From a virus: a stretch of DNA of 64,000 bases. Shown here piece by piece: positions 41,485 through 51,440 of this stretch; position 1 is the first letter of the stretch, and each line of letters starts with the position of its first letter. The stretch is taken from IMG/VR virus record IMGVR_UViG_3300034198_024209, positions 24,650-88,649 of that record; one strand, 5' to 3'. The notes below the pieces were generated by a model. The model saw only the letters and a list, made by a program, of their open reading frames with translations, was not told where the DNA came from and ran no database searches. A program made the translations under genes and the position numbers.

Positions 41485-41979
41485 ATGCTAGAGCAAAACA
41501 CTAAACTACAATTACTTGAGGCCCACAATAAATTGAGAGAAGCTTCTAAGCGCGCTGCTTCTAGTATTATAGATGACGCTAGGCTATTGTCCTCTTTTGA
41601 AAGAAATGATGAAAACGGAGAAGAAAAAGTAGTAGAAAAAAAATTGGTGAGGGGGTTGTGGATAGAGCTATTTGATGGAGTTAAAATGATGCTGATTGAT
41701 GATGACTCTGGATGGACTCGTGCTCTTTGTCAGTCAAGTGGACTTAGCCCTAAGCATTATCACACTTACTATGAAAAAATAAAAGTGATTGATGGATATG
41801 TGCAGGAGATGACCACAAAGAAAGTTTATTCATCAGGAGACACAATAGAGCACAAACCAAATATATTACATCAACCGTTCATAAACGGATTAGTTATGAT
41901 GATGTGGAAACCGCCACTACCAAATTTACATAACACTCCATCTATTCTAGACCCAGTTATCTATCATATAGCTTCTTGA
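41485..41979 (+). CDS. cupin-like protein
   Basis: HYH...E...V..G and GD......N..H cupin-type motifs. Confidence 0.5.
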   Translation: MLEQNTKLQLLEAHNKLREASKRAASSIIDDARLLSSFERNDENGEEKVVEKKLVRGLWIELFDGVKMMLIDDDSGWTRALCQSSGLSPKHYHTYYEKIKVIDGYVQEMTTKKVYSSGDTIEHKPNILHQPFINGLVMMMWKPPLPNLHNTPSILDPVIYHIAS

Positions 41980-42072
41980 TTAAAAATAGTTGTTGATTAA
42001 ATAACAAAAATTTAATAGTATTATTTTTGGCGGATTTATCCGCCTTGTTTGTTGTTTGTGTTGTTGTTAAAT

Positions 42073-42105
42073 GGCGGGGGGGCCTAGGTCCCCTCGCCTA
42101 TTTTT
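42073..42105 (+). terminator. intrinsic terminator
   Basis: GGCGGGGGGGC-CTAG-GTCCCCTCGCC followed by TATTTTT. Confidence 0.7.
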
Positions 42106-42182
42106 ATTATAATTTTTGCCTTGACTATTGCTATCCTTAAATACATTCTACCCGCTAAATATTATTTATCAAAATACATAAC

Positions 42183-42869
42183 ATGGAACAACAATACAAA
42201 AGTAGCTCACACAAATCAGAGCAGCCATTAATTGGAAGAGGATTGCTTTTTAGTTATGACGAAAAAGACAAAGACTTCTTGATGTTTGCAAATAAACCTA
42301 AAATGGATAATACAATTAGGCATTCATGGAAAATAGGCAACATCCTCAATCAAGGTACATCTAGCCAATGCGTTGGGTATTCTTGGGCACAATTCATGCA
42401 AACTCAGCCATGGTCATACGAGGACAAACCCAAAATAACTCCAGAGGAAATATATAAAAAGTCTCAGCAAGTAGATGAGTGGCCAGGGGCTGAACCAGAT
42501 TATTATGGAACAAGCGTAAGAGCAGCAGCCAAGGTACTGAAGGAGTTAGATTTAATTTCTAGTTATGTCTGGGGATATAGCGTTGAAGACGCTGCAAAAT
42601 TTATATCAGAAAACGGTCCAATAGTTGTTGGAAGCAAATGGTATTATGGAATGTCAAATCCAGACCAAAATGGATTTTCAAGACCGATATCTACATATGA
42701 GGGTGGGCATGCCTGGTTAATCTACGGAGTAGATTGCCAATGGGAAACATTTTTTTGTGTAAATAGTTGGGGTCCGTCACATGGAAAGAACGGAAGGTTC
42801 TTTATAAAATTTAGCGATATGGAAAAATTAATAAACCAAGGAGCTCAGCTATGCAGCGCATTAAAATAG
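42183..42869 (+). CDS. papain-like (C1) cysteine peptidase
   Basis: NQG.SSQCVG (Gln, Cys), GGHA (His) and NSWG..HG.NG.F (Asn). Confidence 0.9.
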   Translation: MEQQYKSSSHKSEQPLIGRGLLFSYDEKDKDFLMFANKPKMDNTIRHSWKIGNILNQGTSSQCVGYSWAQFMQTQPWSYEDKPKITPEEIYKKSQQVDEWPGAEPDYYGTSVRAAAKVLKELDLISSYVWGYSVEDAAKFISENGPIVVGSKWYYGMSNPDQNGFSRPISTYEGGHAWLIYGVDCQWETFFCVNSWGPSHGKNGRFFIKFSDMEKLINQGAQLCSALK

Positions 42870-43126
42870 TATATTTATTTGTAGTTTTATTTTTAATTTT
42901 TTCTATCTCTGGATGTTCTAATAACTTTACAGAAGAGATAATTAAAATTAGTTATTATTCATATATAGTTGAATTAGATAAACACGGAAAAGACATTAAG
43001 ACTTGGATTCCGGAAAAAAACTCTATCAAGGTGGATATAAATAATGATGTATTAAGTTTTATAGATACTGAAACAAAAAAACAAATAAAGCTTAGTGGAA
43101 GCTATAAGCTAATAAAAGTTAAGTAA
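42851..43126 (+). CDS. putative lipoprotein
   Basis: Signal-like hydrophobic N-terminus with lipobox ISGC. Confidence 0.55.
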   Translation: MQRIKIVYLFVVLFLIFSISGCSNNFTEEIIKISYYSYIVELDKHGKDIKTWIPEKNSIKVDINNDVLSFIDTETKKQIKLSGSYKLIKVK

Positions 43127-43135
43127 TATTTAGAT

Positions 43136-45643
43136 ATGCCATGTAAAAATGATGACGGCTGGCCAGAAGGAGGGTCTTTTACTGAAATTGGTCAATGTGT
43201 TACCTGGGATAAATTAGTTGCAGTAAGGCTTTCGTGGAATAGGGTATGGGAACTTCTCAAGAAAGAAGAAAGAGCCCCAGAATATAGATATGGATGGGGG
43301 TCCCCTTCAGGGAATAAATACTCGCCGGATGGCTGGAAAACTGGGTGCAAAAATAGGCGAGAAGAGATAGAATCGCTTGCGGACATAAGAGGATACATAA
43401 GCATAAGGCTGGATTATTGGGGAAATGTTGATGCCGTTGCTTTTGTTATAGATGGAGGCTCTATATTAAATAGACTGTCTTATCAGGGGGTTGCGTGCTC
43501 ATCACAGAGTTGCGGTGGATGTCAGGGGCAGGAATCTAAATACGCTTATACTGATAATAGAGGAATGGGGCGATGGGGGGCACACCTAAAGGACCCGTGC
43601 CACGGGTGTACAATATTTACATTAGATGCTAAATGCGATGTTAGAAAAGAAGATATAGTATATCAAACAGTAATACTAGATGTCATAGAAGATTATTACA
43701 AAAAGGGTCCAAATACTGCTTGTCCAATTAACAGGCATTGGCAGTGGCTATATAATCCATCTTCTATGCCCGTAATGGAGGGGATGCCCAATATCTGCGG
43801 TATAGAATTTGATTGGAGATCTAGCCAAGGTATTCAAATTTTTAAATCAGCACTTGATTTATTTCCAGTTAAGATGAAATGCGCTGATGAACAAGATCCA
43901 TATACAACAATAATTGAAAATTGCTGTGGAGTTAATGCAATTGCTCACTGGACTGAAGAGTGGGATCCAGCAGACCAAGGATCTGCATATTACCAGTGCC
44001 CAGAAGACGAAATTATTCCAGGGGCTTTTGCTCCTGGAAATATAAGAAGATTTTGTAAAAGAAGAATAAAGTATATTGATTTATATAATGGATTCTATGG
44101 GCATGTTACCCAAATAATAAGGGCAAAGCATTTAAACCATATATGGGGAATGGTACAGGGATTGTCAAAAACCTTAAGAGAATGCAAACAAGAAAAATGT
44201 GAATATAAACACGGTGCAGAAAAAAAGAATACTTGGGTATATAAAGACCAAGTACCTCAGGTGGGTAAAAAAGAAACACTACAGCAAAGGAATGCAGGCT
44301 CTAACTGTGATTATTGTGAACTTCCTAAGGTCGGTCAACCAATTTGTTCGTGTGAGTGGGATGACTTGAAACACTTATTGGACGCAGAACTTACTGGGGT
44401 TAGTTGCCTTGATGAATGGAGGGTAAAAGCTGGGACTAAAAGACCTGGTGATGGTCCCCCATATTTACGATATGGGGAGCCAGATTCAGCCCCTACTGAA
44501 TGCTCTCAATGTATTGGGAAATGTTGTTACAACTGTAAATGTGAAGGCATGACAGAAAATGACTGCATGAATATAGAGGAGCTTAAGCTTAAAGACTTAA
44601 AAGAAGAACTTAAGGCTGGCCCAGTGTGGCTGGGAGTATACGGTCAAACAAACGGAAATTATATTGATACAAAATGTACTGGTTGTGATAAAAGAGGAGA
44701 TCCATTACCTTGTAATGGGTGGGAAGAGGGGGATACTCATGACCCAGATATGTATTTATTTGAAATTTGTGGGGCAAAATCTGCTTGCCACTCAATGAAA
44801 AAAGAAATAGATCTAGAAACTCTTAAGGAGATTGGTGATTTTATTTGCATGGATAAAGGCGATGAATGCAAATCAGGTGAGTGTGAATGTTGTTGTATGG
44901 ATGCAACAAAATGTCAATGTGATGCAATGGAGGGTACATGGGTAGTTCCAGACATTGAACAACTAAAACAGGGAAAACAACCAGGATGCTCAACACTATG
45001 TGAAGATCCAAATACATGTACTGAAAAAATGTGCGAAGGTACATGGGAGTTGGTAGGTGGCTCTGGGAATTCACTAGGGGGTGGCAAATATTGCGATAAA
45101 TGCTACAAAGGCTTAAAAAAATGGTATTGGGGGTCCTGCGAAGATAAATCCCCAACAACATATGAGTTAAAGAAAACTCAATGCGGTCAAACTACGGTAG
45201 TAGAGACTTGGACATCATCATGTGATGACCCAAAAAAAATAGAACCCGATAGTTCAGGCTTGTGCGATAAAGCAGAAGATGGTGAAGACGAGCCTCAATG
45301 CCAATGTGGTGACGACGGGTGTATAAGTGGTAGCGCAAGTGGATCGGGAAGCGGAACAGACACAAGCAGTGGGTGCGTAGATAGTAAATCAGCTACAACT
45401 ACGCCAGCTGAATATGATGGAGTGTATACATGTACTGGAAGCGTTGATGATAATGGCGAGATGAGCTGGGGGGGGGGAAGTTATTCATCCCCCTCAAGCA
45501 CTGATACTGGACCATGTTATGGAGCACACAGCTTTAGCTTTACGGCTAACCTTAAAAAAGGGAGTACAGTTACTTGTATGGCTGGATCATGGGGTGGAGA
45601 CGTGGGGTGCACCATAACTTGTTGCGGAACGGCAGCTCCATGA
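43136..45643 (+). CDS. very cysteine-rich protein (835 aa, ~63 Cys)
   Basis: Manual count of about 63 Cys including CC, CCC, CxC and CxxC clusters; no signal peptide. Confidence 0.8.
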   Translation: MPCKNDDGWPEGGSFTEIGQCVTWDKLVAVRLSWNRVWELLKKEERAPEYRYGWGSPSGNKYSPDGWKTGCKNRREEIESLADIRGYISIRLDYWGNVDAVAFVIDGGSILNRLSYQGVACSSQSCGGCQGQESKYAYTDNRGMGRWGAHLKDPCHGCTIFTLDAKCDVRKEDIVYQTVILDVIEDYYKKGPNTACPINRHWQWLYNPSSMPVMEGMPNICGIEFDWRSSQGIQIFKSALDLFPVKMKCADEQDPYTTIIENCCGVNAIAHWTEEWDPADQGSAYYQCPEDEIIPGAFAPGNIRRFCKRRIKYIDLYNGFYGHVTQIIRAKHLNHIWGMVQGLSKTLRECKQEKCEYKHGAEKKNTWVYKDQVPQVGKKETLQQRNAGSNCDYCELPKVGQPICSCEWDDLKHLLDAELTGVSCLDEWRVKAGTKRPGDGPPYLRYGEPDSAPTECSQCIGKCCYNCKCEGMTENDCMNIEELKLKDLKEELKAGPVWLGVYGQTNGNYIDTKCTGCDKRGDPLPCNGWEEGDTHDPDMYLFEICGAKSACHSMKKEIDLETLKEIGDFICMDKGDECKSGECECCCMDATKCQCDAMEGTWVVPDIEQLKQGKQPGCSTLCEDPNTCTEKMCEGTWELVGGSGNSLGGGKYCDKCYKGLKKWYWGSCEDKSPTTYELKKTQCGQTTVVETWTSSCDDPKKIEPDSSGLCDKAEDGEDEPQCQCGDDGCISGSASGSGSGTDTSSGCVDSKSATTTPAEYDGVYTCTGSVDDNGEMSWGGGSYSSPSSTDTGPCYGAHSFSFTANLKKGSTVTCMAGSWGGDVGCTITCCGTAAP

Positions 45644-45658
45644 TAAATATTTCTTAAT

Positions 45659-46132
45659 ATGGACAACGAAAAAACAAGATTCAAGCTAAAAGCCATTAGA
45701 AACAATATACCATATAGACCTAGTGGATACTATGATGATGTCGTATCAAAAGGGATTATAATTGATGATTATGTCGAAATGCCATTTCAGGAAGCTCTAA
45801 AACTTATAGAAAAGTATTCAGAGAAGAGTCCTATTAATGGTGTTGAACTTGATGCCTCTAAGTGGGGACCTATATTATGGAAAACTTTTCATGATAGAAC
45901 AAAACAATACGATGGAGTTTCCATAGAGGCAGAGAAGAGATGGTTCTACAAAGTTTTTGGATCATGGATTCCTTGTGGCAAGTGTAGGAATCATTTAAAT
46001 GAAATAATATCAGAAATGCCACCCAGTCTTGAGTCTAGAGAGTCATATGTAAAGTGGGGCATAGACATACACAACGAAGTGAATAAACACCTAGGAAAAA
46101 CAATATTTGATCCAGAAAAAGAAAATGAATAA
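45659..46132 (+). CDS. Erv1/Alr-family FAD-linked sulfhydryl oxidase with N-terminal extension
   Basis: Family motifs WGP..W..FH, IPCGKCRNH and W...HNEVN..LGK. Confidence 0.9.
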   Translation: MDNEKTRFKLKAIRNNIPYRPSGYYDDVVSKGIIIDDYVEMPFQEALKLIEKYSEKSPINGVELDASKWGPILWKTFHDRTKQYDGVSIEAEKRWFYKVFGSWIPCGKCRNHLNEIISEMPPSLESRESYVKWGIDIHNEVNKHLGKTIFDPEKENE

Positions 46133-47000
46133 CAAAAAATATATATGGAGTTTTTCATCTTTAAATTATGGCTATAAAATAGACATAAAAGATTTAATTT
46201 TTTTATGCTATTCTGTCGAGCTCGTCAAAAAATTCTCTAATAACGTACATATATACACAGACAAAAGAGGTTTAGATGAAATACAAAAAATTGGAATAAA
46301 AGCAAATACAACTATAGTAGACTTCAAGAGATACAATAATATTAGTTTAAATAAAATTTACTCAAAAATAAAAACAATAGAGATACAGGACTCAAATTTT
46401 TGTATGCTAGATAAATATGTTTTTTTATTTAGAGACCCGGAAACGTCTTTGACTGCGTACAGCGATACAAATACAAGTGATAGCACATTTGTTCAATCTC
46501 TTGAGAATAAAAATAAATGGGGAATGTTGTATAAAAATTTTTGCGACAAACTAAAAGAAAACAACATACAAATGTGTGAAGAGCTAGACACATACATAAA
46601 AAATGGACAATACTCTGGATATAATTGTTCCTATTTAGACAATATAGATAAAGAATTAAAAGATAGATTATGCTATGAATCCATAAACTTATTAAATCAA
46701 TTAGATCGACTTAACATATCGGTTAAGTGCTTAATTTGTGAGTCTTTATTGCTTGCATTAAGCAATAACAGTAACTACAAGATATCCCCCATCTTCAGTG
46801 AAGTAGACTTGCAAAAACAATATAATCCAACTGATTCATTGAAGATAGATGGATACACCAATATATATTCATCTAAAGATAAAATTTCGTTAAATTTTAT
46901 GCATCCAGATATAAGGACAATGTTGATTTTCTTGAGTGAATCAAATAGTGATTTCTACAACAATTTAATAAAAATAAACAGCAATTTGGAGGTTAGATAA
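46125..47000 (+). CDS. putative nucleotide-sugar transferase-like protein (DUF6734-like, degenerate DxD)
   Basis: SV..........IYTD..G, K...I..Q...F..LDK.VFL and GYNC pattern. Confidence 0.35.
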   Translation: MNNKKYIWSFSSLNYGYKIDIKDLIFLCYSVELVKKFSNNVHIYTDKRGLDEIQKIGIKANTTIVDFKRYNNISLNKIYSKIKTIEIQDSNFCMLDKYVFLFRDPETSLTAYSDTNTSDSTFVQSLENKNKWGMLYKNFCDKLKENNIQMCEELDTYIKNGQYSGYNCSYLDNIDKELKDRLCYESINLLNQLDRLNISVKCLICESLLLALSNNSNYKISPIFSEVDLQKQYNPTDSLKIDGYTNIYSSKDKISLNFMHPDIRTMLIFLSESNSDFYNNLIKINSNLEVR

Positions 47001-47001
47001 A

Positions 47002-48375
47002 ATGGAAAATTCTAATTACCCGTTTTTATTTAAAAATGAGCTTAACGAAGAGTGCCTATTGTTTTGTCTATCCAGTAGACACGAAAAAAATTTAAAGCTG
47101 GGTGAATTCCCGTACACTAAGGAACAAAATAAAATATTGTTACTTAATTTAAATACAAGAGAGGAGTATGAATTAAATATTCCAGTGTTTTTATCTAGTG
47201 ATCATAAGTTATTAGATACTTATATCTACGATTATGGAGAAACGGAAAAAATAACAGAATTAAATGATGGCACACAAAATTTAATTGAAATAATCGATTT
47301 AAAGAATCCACATGTAAAAGCTATCGATAATAAAATATTGTTAATTTTTACTGCTTCTGTTGTTTTTAAGGGGAACTCCAAGATACAAAACTTCTTAGCA
47401 AAGATGGAGTCATCATCGCTCAATCTTAAAGACTTGTCTAATCTAGAATTTATACAATATTCAAAAGCGGGTACGCTCACTGATACAGGAGATATTTTAT
47501 ATGTACAGGAACAGAAAGATCAATATTTGATAGATAAGTTAGTGCTAAAGAAAAACGGTGTAGATAAAAAGCTGGAAATAGACTTAAAATACTTTGATAT
47601 TAAATTAATAGATCGAGTATGTAGTGTGTATGATACACCAAATTTTGTTTTTACGTGTACTCTTGCATCCGATGGACTGACTCACACATTTATGCTGTAT
47701 GACAATTTATCTAAATGTTTTGAAGTTTTTTTAGATAAAAACAATCCTATGCCTATAAGTACTTTTTACTTAAATAGATTTATTTATGTAAATCAAGAAA
47801 AGGATTTAACTCAATATATTAATAGACATTTATTGTTTAATAAAAGCGACAATAATTTTTGTGAAACCAGTGGAATAACTAATTATATAGACATCCCTGA
47901 TACCATAGAATTAGAACCAATGTCAATTAGGGGTAACAATAAAAAATTTAAGTTCCCATCATATATTGAATATAAAATGCCTGTCTCATCAAATACAGTC
48001 AATAGTGACAAAAGTGATCAGCAAAAAATCAATACACTAATTACTGAAACAAATAATATTGATGTCTCCAGTGAGGCTCCAACGAACAATGAACTTATTT
48101 CAAGCGAAGGTAAAGGATATCCAGGTGTATTCACTATGGCAAAAAACTTTGGATCTAGTATGGTTAAGTGGGCTAAATCTGGCTTCCAAACAGTAGATGA
48201 AGAAAGTATATTTAATGCAAGACTTGAAATATGTAAAGCCTGTCCAGAGTGGGACTCTAAGGCTCTAAGTGGAACAGGTAGATGCAAAATATGTGGATGC
48301 TCCACTAAAGCAAAATTAAGACTGGCTACAGAGTCATGTCCTAAGAACTTATGGGGACCCGTAACTGAAATATAG
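47002..48375 (+). CDS. protein with C-terminal 5-Cys domain
   Basis: RLEICKACPEW...GRCKICGC..KAK....ESCPKNLW. Confidence 0.65.
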   Translation: MENSNYPFLFKNELNEECLLFCLSSRHEKNLKLGEFPYTKEQNKILLLNLNTREEYELNIPVFLSSDHKLLDTYIYDYGETEKITELNDGTQNLIEIIDLKNPHVKAIDNKILLIFTASVVFKGNSKIQNFLAKMESSSLNLKDLSNLEFIQYSKAGTLTDTGDILYVQEQKDQYLIDKLVLKKNGVDKKLEIDLKYFDIKLIDRVCSVYDTPNFVFTCTLASDGLTHTFMLYDNLSKCFEVFLDKNNPMPISTFYLNRFIYVNQEKDLTQYINRHLLFNKSDNNFCETSGITNYIDIPDTIELEPMSIRGNNKKFKFPSYIEYKMPVSSNTVNSDKSDQQKINTLITETNNIDVSSEAPTNNELISSEGKGYPGVFTMAKNFGSSMVKWAKSGFQTVDEESIFNARLEICKACPEWDSKALSGTGRCKICGCSTKAKLRLATESCPKNLWGPVTEI

Positions 48376-48380
48376 CCACT

Positions 48381-49316
48381 ATGCCACAAAAAAGAAAAAT
48401 AAACTTCCCTAACAAAGTAATAGTAGAGAACATCAATCTACTGGAAAAGCAATACGGTAAAAAATATTTTGGATTAGCGTATAAAGAAGATAGTTTAATA
48501 AAAATTGATCCAACTCAATCACCAAAAGAATATCTTGATACATTAATACATGAATCACTGCATATATTATTTAATGACTGGGAAGAGGAAGAGATATATG
48601 ATTTAGCTGTTTTCTTTTCTAATTTTTTATGGGAAAATGGCTATAGAAAAATACACAACCAGCTTGACTCAGCCGCAGTCCTAGGGGTATCTCCTAAGGG
48701 ACATAATTCAATCCAAAAAAACATTAGAAAAATGAAGATTCCTCCTCCAATTAAAAGCAATGATTACTCTAAAATAAAAGAAGAGTATGAAAAAACGTTT
48801 TCAGAGATAGTGCTAAAAGACAGAGATACTGTATCTAAAGTTGTAGATAAAATAATAAAAAATAAAGATGTATATCAAAAAATAGATATAGCTCCATGGT
48901 ACTGGATAGGTTGTATACATTTCAGGGAGTCTACCCTAAACTTTAAGACGCACCTACACAATGGAGATCCGCTTACCGCAAAAACAGTTAATGTGCCAGT
49001 GGGTAGGCCAAAGAGTCCACCAACTAAACTTGGAGGATATGCATGGGATATTAGTGCAAGAGATGCTTTATTTTTAAAGTCACTGGATAAGTGGTTTGAT
49101 TGGTCTATACCTGGAATGCTATTTCAAGCGGAGCGATACAATGGATGGGGATACAGACTGTACAAAAATAATAATTCTCCATATTTATGGAGTGGTACCC
49201 AATTTTGGGGTTCCGGTAAGTATGTCAAAGACGGTAAATATGATCCAATCGCCTCAAAAGATCAAACTGGTGTCGCAGCAATGCTCACTGAAATGAAGAG
49301 TAGACAAATATTCTAG
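48381..49316 (+). CDS. HExxH domain fused to a lysozyme-like domain (endolysin candidate)
   Basis: N-terminal DTLIHESLH; C-terminal IHFRES..F..HLHNGDPL, ERYNGWGY, SPYLWSGT and GKYV.DG.YD. Confidence 0.75.
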   Translation: MPQKRKINFPNKVIVENINLLEKQYGKKYFGLAYKEDSLIKIDPTQSPKEYLDTLIHESLHILFNDWEEEEIYDLAVFFSNFLWENGYRKIHNQLDSAAVLGVSPKGHNSIQKNIRKMKIPPPIKSNDYSKIKEEYEKTFSEIVLKDRDTVSKVVDKIIKNKDVYQKIDIAPWYWIGCIHFRESTLNFKTHLHNGDPLTAKTVNVPVGRPKSPPTKLGGYAWDISARDALFLKSLDKWFDWSIPGMLFQAERYNGWGYRLYKNNNSPYLWSGTQFWGSGKYVKDGKYDPIASKDQTGVAAMLTEMKSRQIF

Positions 49317-49343
49317 AGTAGTATAAAAGCTGGGTCTAGACAC

Positions 49344-50177
49344 ATGAGTAATAATAACTCTGACCATAATCAAGACCCTCCTCAGGTCGACCTCTTACTT
49401 GGTGGATCTACCACCTACGGTAATGATCATTTAATTAATAACTACAATCAATATGTGACAACTTATTTAAATGAGCTTCCCTCTGTGTTTCCACAGAGCT
49501 ATTTAGTAACTACAGATCTACCTATAGCACGATCATTTTCAGACCTAGCTGTTAACACGCAATTAACATCTTCTGACTGGACTCAGTATAGCAATATTAC
49601 ATTAAGCACTGCTTACGATACAAATATAACTACTTCAATGATAAACACAAAATTAGAGGAAGAAAAAAATTCATCTATTTTGATAAAAAACAGGTCACAT
49701 ATATTTAGAAGTTTTATAAAATCAATTCCTAGAAACAAAAAAAATCTATTCAATTCTGAACATGGAAATAACTCAGAAAATTATATAGAAATAAAAAAAA
49801 GAGTTAGGTATTGGTCAATGTCTCTTTTTAATGAAGTTGAGATATACATATCTAAAATGCTGGTTTTTTCCGAAGGAGAAAGTGCAAGCTCATCGACAGA
49901 TAAAGAGCTCAAATGGATCAACATTAATGAAGACCAAACAGTAATACCAATTGGATTGGATATTTGGTCAACAAGAGGTGGAGTACTTCAAGACGATTCA
50001 AATGGAATACAATGGGATAAAACTTTTTTAATTTTTTTGCCTTCAGCTGCTCTATTGAAGAAGATAGATGATATGTCTGTTGACATATGTTTCAGTAACG
50101 CCTCTGAAATAAAAATCCCGAACAAGACATGCAAAAACAAAGTAGAGCAACACAGAAGAAATATATCAATAGACTAA
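49344..50177 (+). CDS. hypothetical protein
   Basis: 277-aa ORF. Confidence 0.6.
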   Translation: MSNNNSDHNQDPPQVDLLLGGSTTYGNDHLINNYNQYVTTYLNELPSVFPQSYLVTTDLPIARSFSDLAVNTQLTSSDWTQYSNITLSTAYDTNITTSMINTKLEEEKNSSILIKNRSHIFRSFIKSIPRNKKNLFNSEHGNNSENYIEIKKRVRYWSMSLFNEVEIYISKMLVFSEGESASSSTDKELKWININEDQTVIPIGLDIWSTRGGVLQDDSNGIQWDKTFLIFLPSAALLKKIDDMSVDICFSNASEIKIPNKTCKNKVEQHRRNISID

Positions 50178-50422
50178 GCTTGTTTGCCTTATTATCTGTT
50201 TGCCTGCTTTTTTGTTCTTGCCAATCGATTAAGGTAACTGGTTCGTATTCGTCTAGTGACTTAAATGTGTCAAATGGGCAAAATACTTTAACTATACAAT
50301 ATACAACAAAATATAAAAAGACTTGTATCAAGCTGTCCAGTCAGGTAGTTAATGAGATGGACTCTATATTGAAGAGCAAACCATCAACTGTAATGAATTC
50401 AGTCGAAATTTATTTTTGGTAA
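50129..50422 (+). CDS. possible lipoprotein
   Basis: Hydrophobic segment ending LLFCSC; the start position is uncertain. Confidence 0.4.
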   Translation: MQKQSRATQKKYINRLSLFALLSVCLLFCSCQSIKVTGSYSSSDLNVSNGQNTLTIQYTTKYKKTCIKLSSQVVNEMDSILKSKPSTVMNSVEIYFW

Positions 50423-50430
50423 AGTATTAT

Positions 50431-50970
50431 ATGTCATCACTACCAGGCTACACAGTAATAAAAAAAGCAAGTCAAACGTTAGCGGAGAGAAATGATACCG
50501 CTATAAATAAATTTGAGATACTTGACATGAAAAATATGTCTAGAACTGAGTTATTACTTGAAAATAAAGACGAGCTCAGTCCAACTATTAAAACCAAGAA
50601 AAAAAGCAAGAAACTCAAAGAAGAAAATAGTTTAAATAATGCATCCGATAATATAACTGAAAATAACATAGTGAATATTACGCAATCTGTAGAGCGACCA
50701 AAAGTAGAGCTCAAAGAGTTGTTATTTATCACGCCATACACTGAGATAACTGTAGATTGTCTTGAGTACTACATAGACGACAGTATAATTTCTGTCATTA
50801 CATCGTCAAGCGATAGAGTAAAGGTTAGACCAGATAGGGGCGCAAAATTATTTGTAGTAATAGATGACATAAAATATAGTATATATTCATCTGGTTTATA
50901 TATACCTATAAAGAATTTAGAATCAATTCTGTCTATTTTTTTTATTATGGACGAAACTCTCGAATCATAG
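50431..50970 (+). CDS. hypothetical protein
   Basis: ORF; first ATG at 50431. Confidence 0.6.
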   Translation: MSSLPGYTVIKKASQTLAERNDTAINKFEILDMKNMSRTELLLENKDELSPTIKTKKKSKKLKEENSLNNASDNITENNIVNITQSVERPKVELKELLFITPYTEITVDCLEYYIDDSIISVITSSSDRVKVRPDRGAKLFVVIDDIKYSIYSSGLYIPIKNLESILSIFFIMDETLES

Positions 50971-50998
50971 TAATTTAAGTAATTAAACTATTTGTAAA

Positions 50999-51259
50999 AT
51001 GAACCCTATCTTTCCAGTTGATTTGATTCAACAAATTCAAAAGCAAAAAATATCTAGTAGCTCAAGTCAGTCTACAGCCGAGAACGTTGGAGACACTAGT
51101 TCTAAAGATAAAGACAAGCCAAGCTTGGCCAATCTAGATAGCGAAGGAGACAGTCAAACCTTTAGCAAAAATTTAACAAGCTTTCTTTTATCCACCAAGG
51201 AAAATCCCAACAGAGAAGAAAAAATAGAAAAAGCTAATCAACTAGGATTAGTAAATTGA
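50999..51259 (+). CDS. hypothetical protein
   Basis: ORF abutting the next gene. Confidence 0.55.
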   Translation: MNPIFPVDLIQQIQKQKISSSSSQSTAENVGDTSSKDKDKPSLANLDSEGDSQTFSKNLTSFLLSTKENPNREEKIEKANQLGLVN

Positions 51260-51260
51260 T

Positions 51261-51434
51261 ATGAATAAATTAGGAATAGTCAGGGAAGACGTAACTCCAC
51301 AGGAGATGGACAATGGGGTTACTACATTTGAGTGCGACAACAAAGAAAAAGGAGAAAGCACGTTAATCAAAAAAGCCGAAGAAATTATTGAAAACGAATC
51401 TAAGCTTGGAGCATTTCTCGACAACACAAAATAA
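51261..51434 (+). CDS. small protein (57 aa) preceding the putative portal
   Basis: MNKLGIVREDVTPQ...LIKKAEE; fills the gap exactly. Confidence 0.55.
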   Translation: MNKLGIVREDVTPQEMDNGVTTFECDNKEKGESTLIKKAEEIIENESKLGAFLDNTK

Positions 51435-51440
51435 ACAAAA

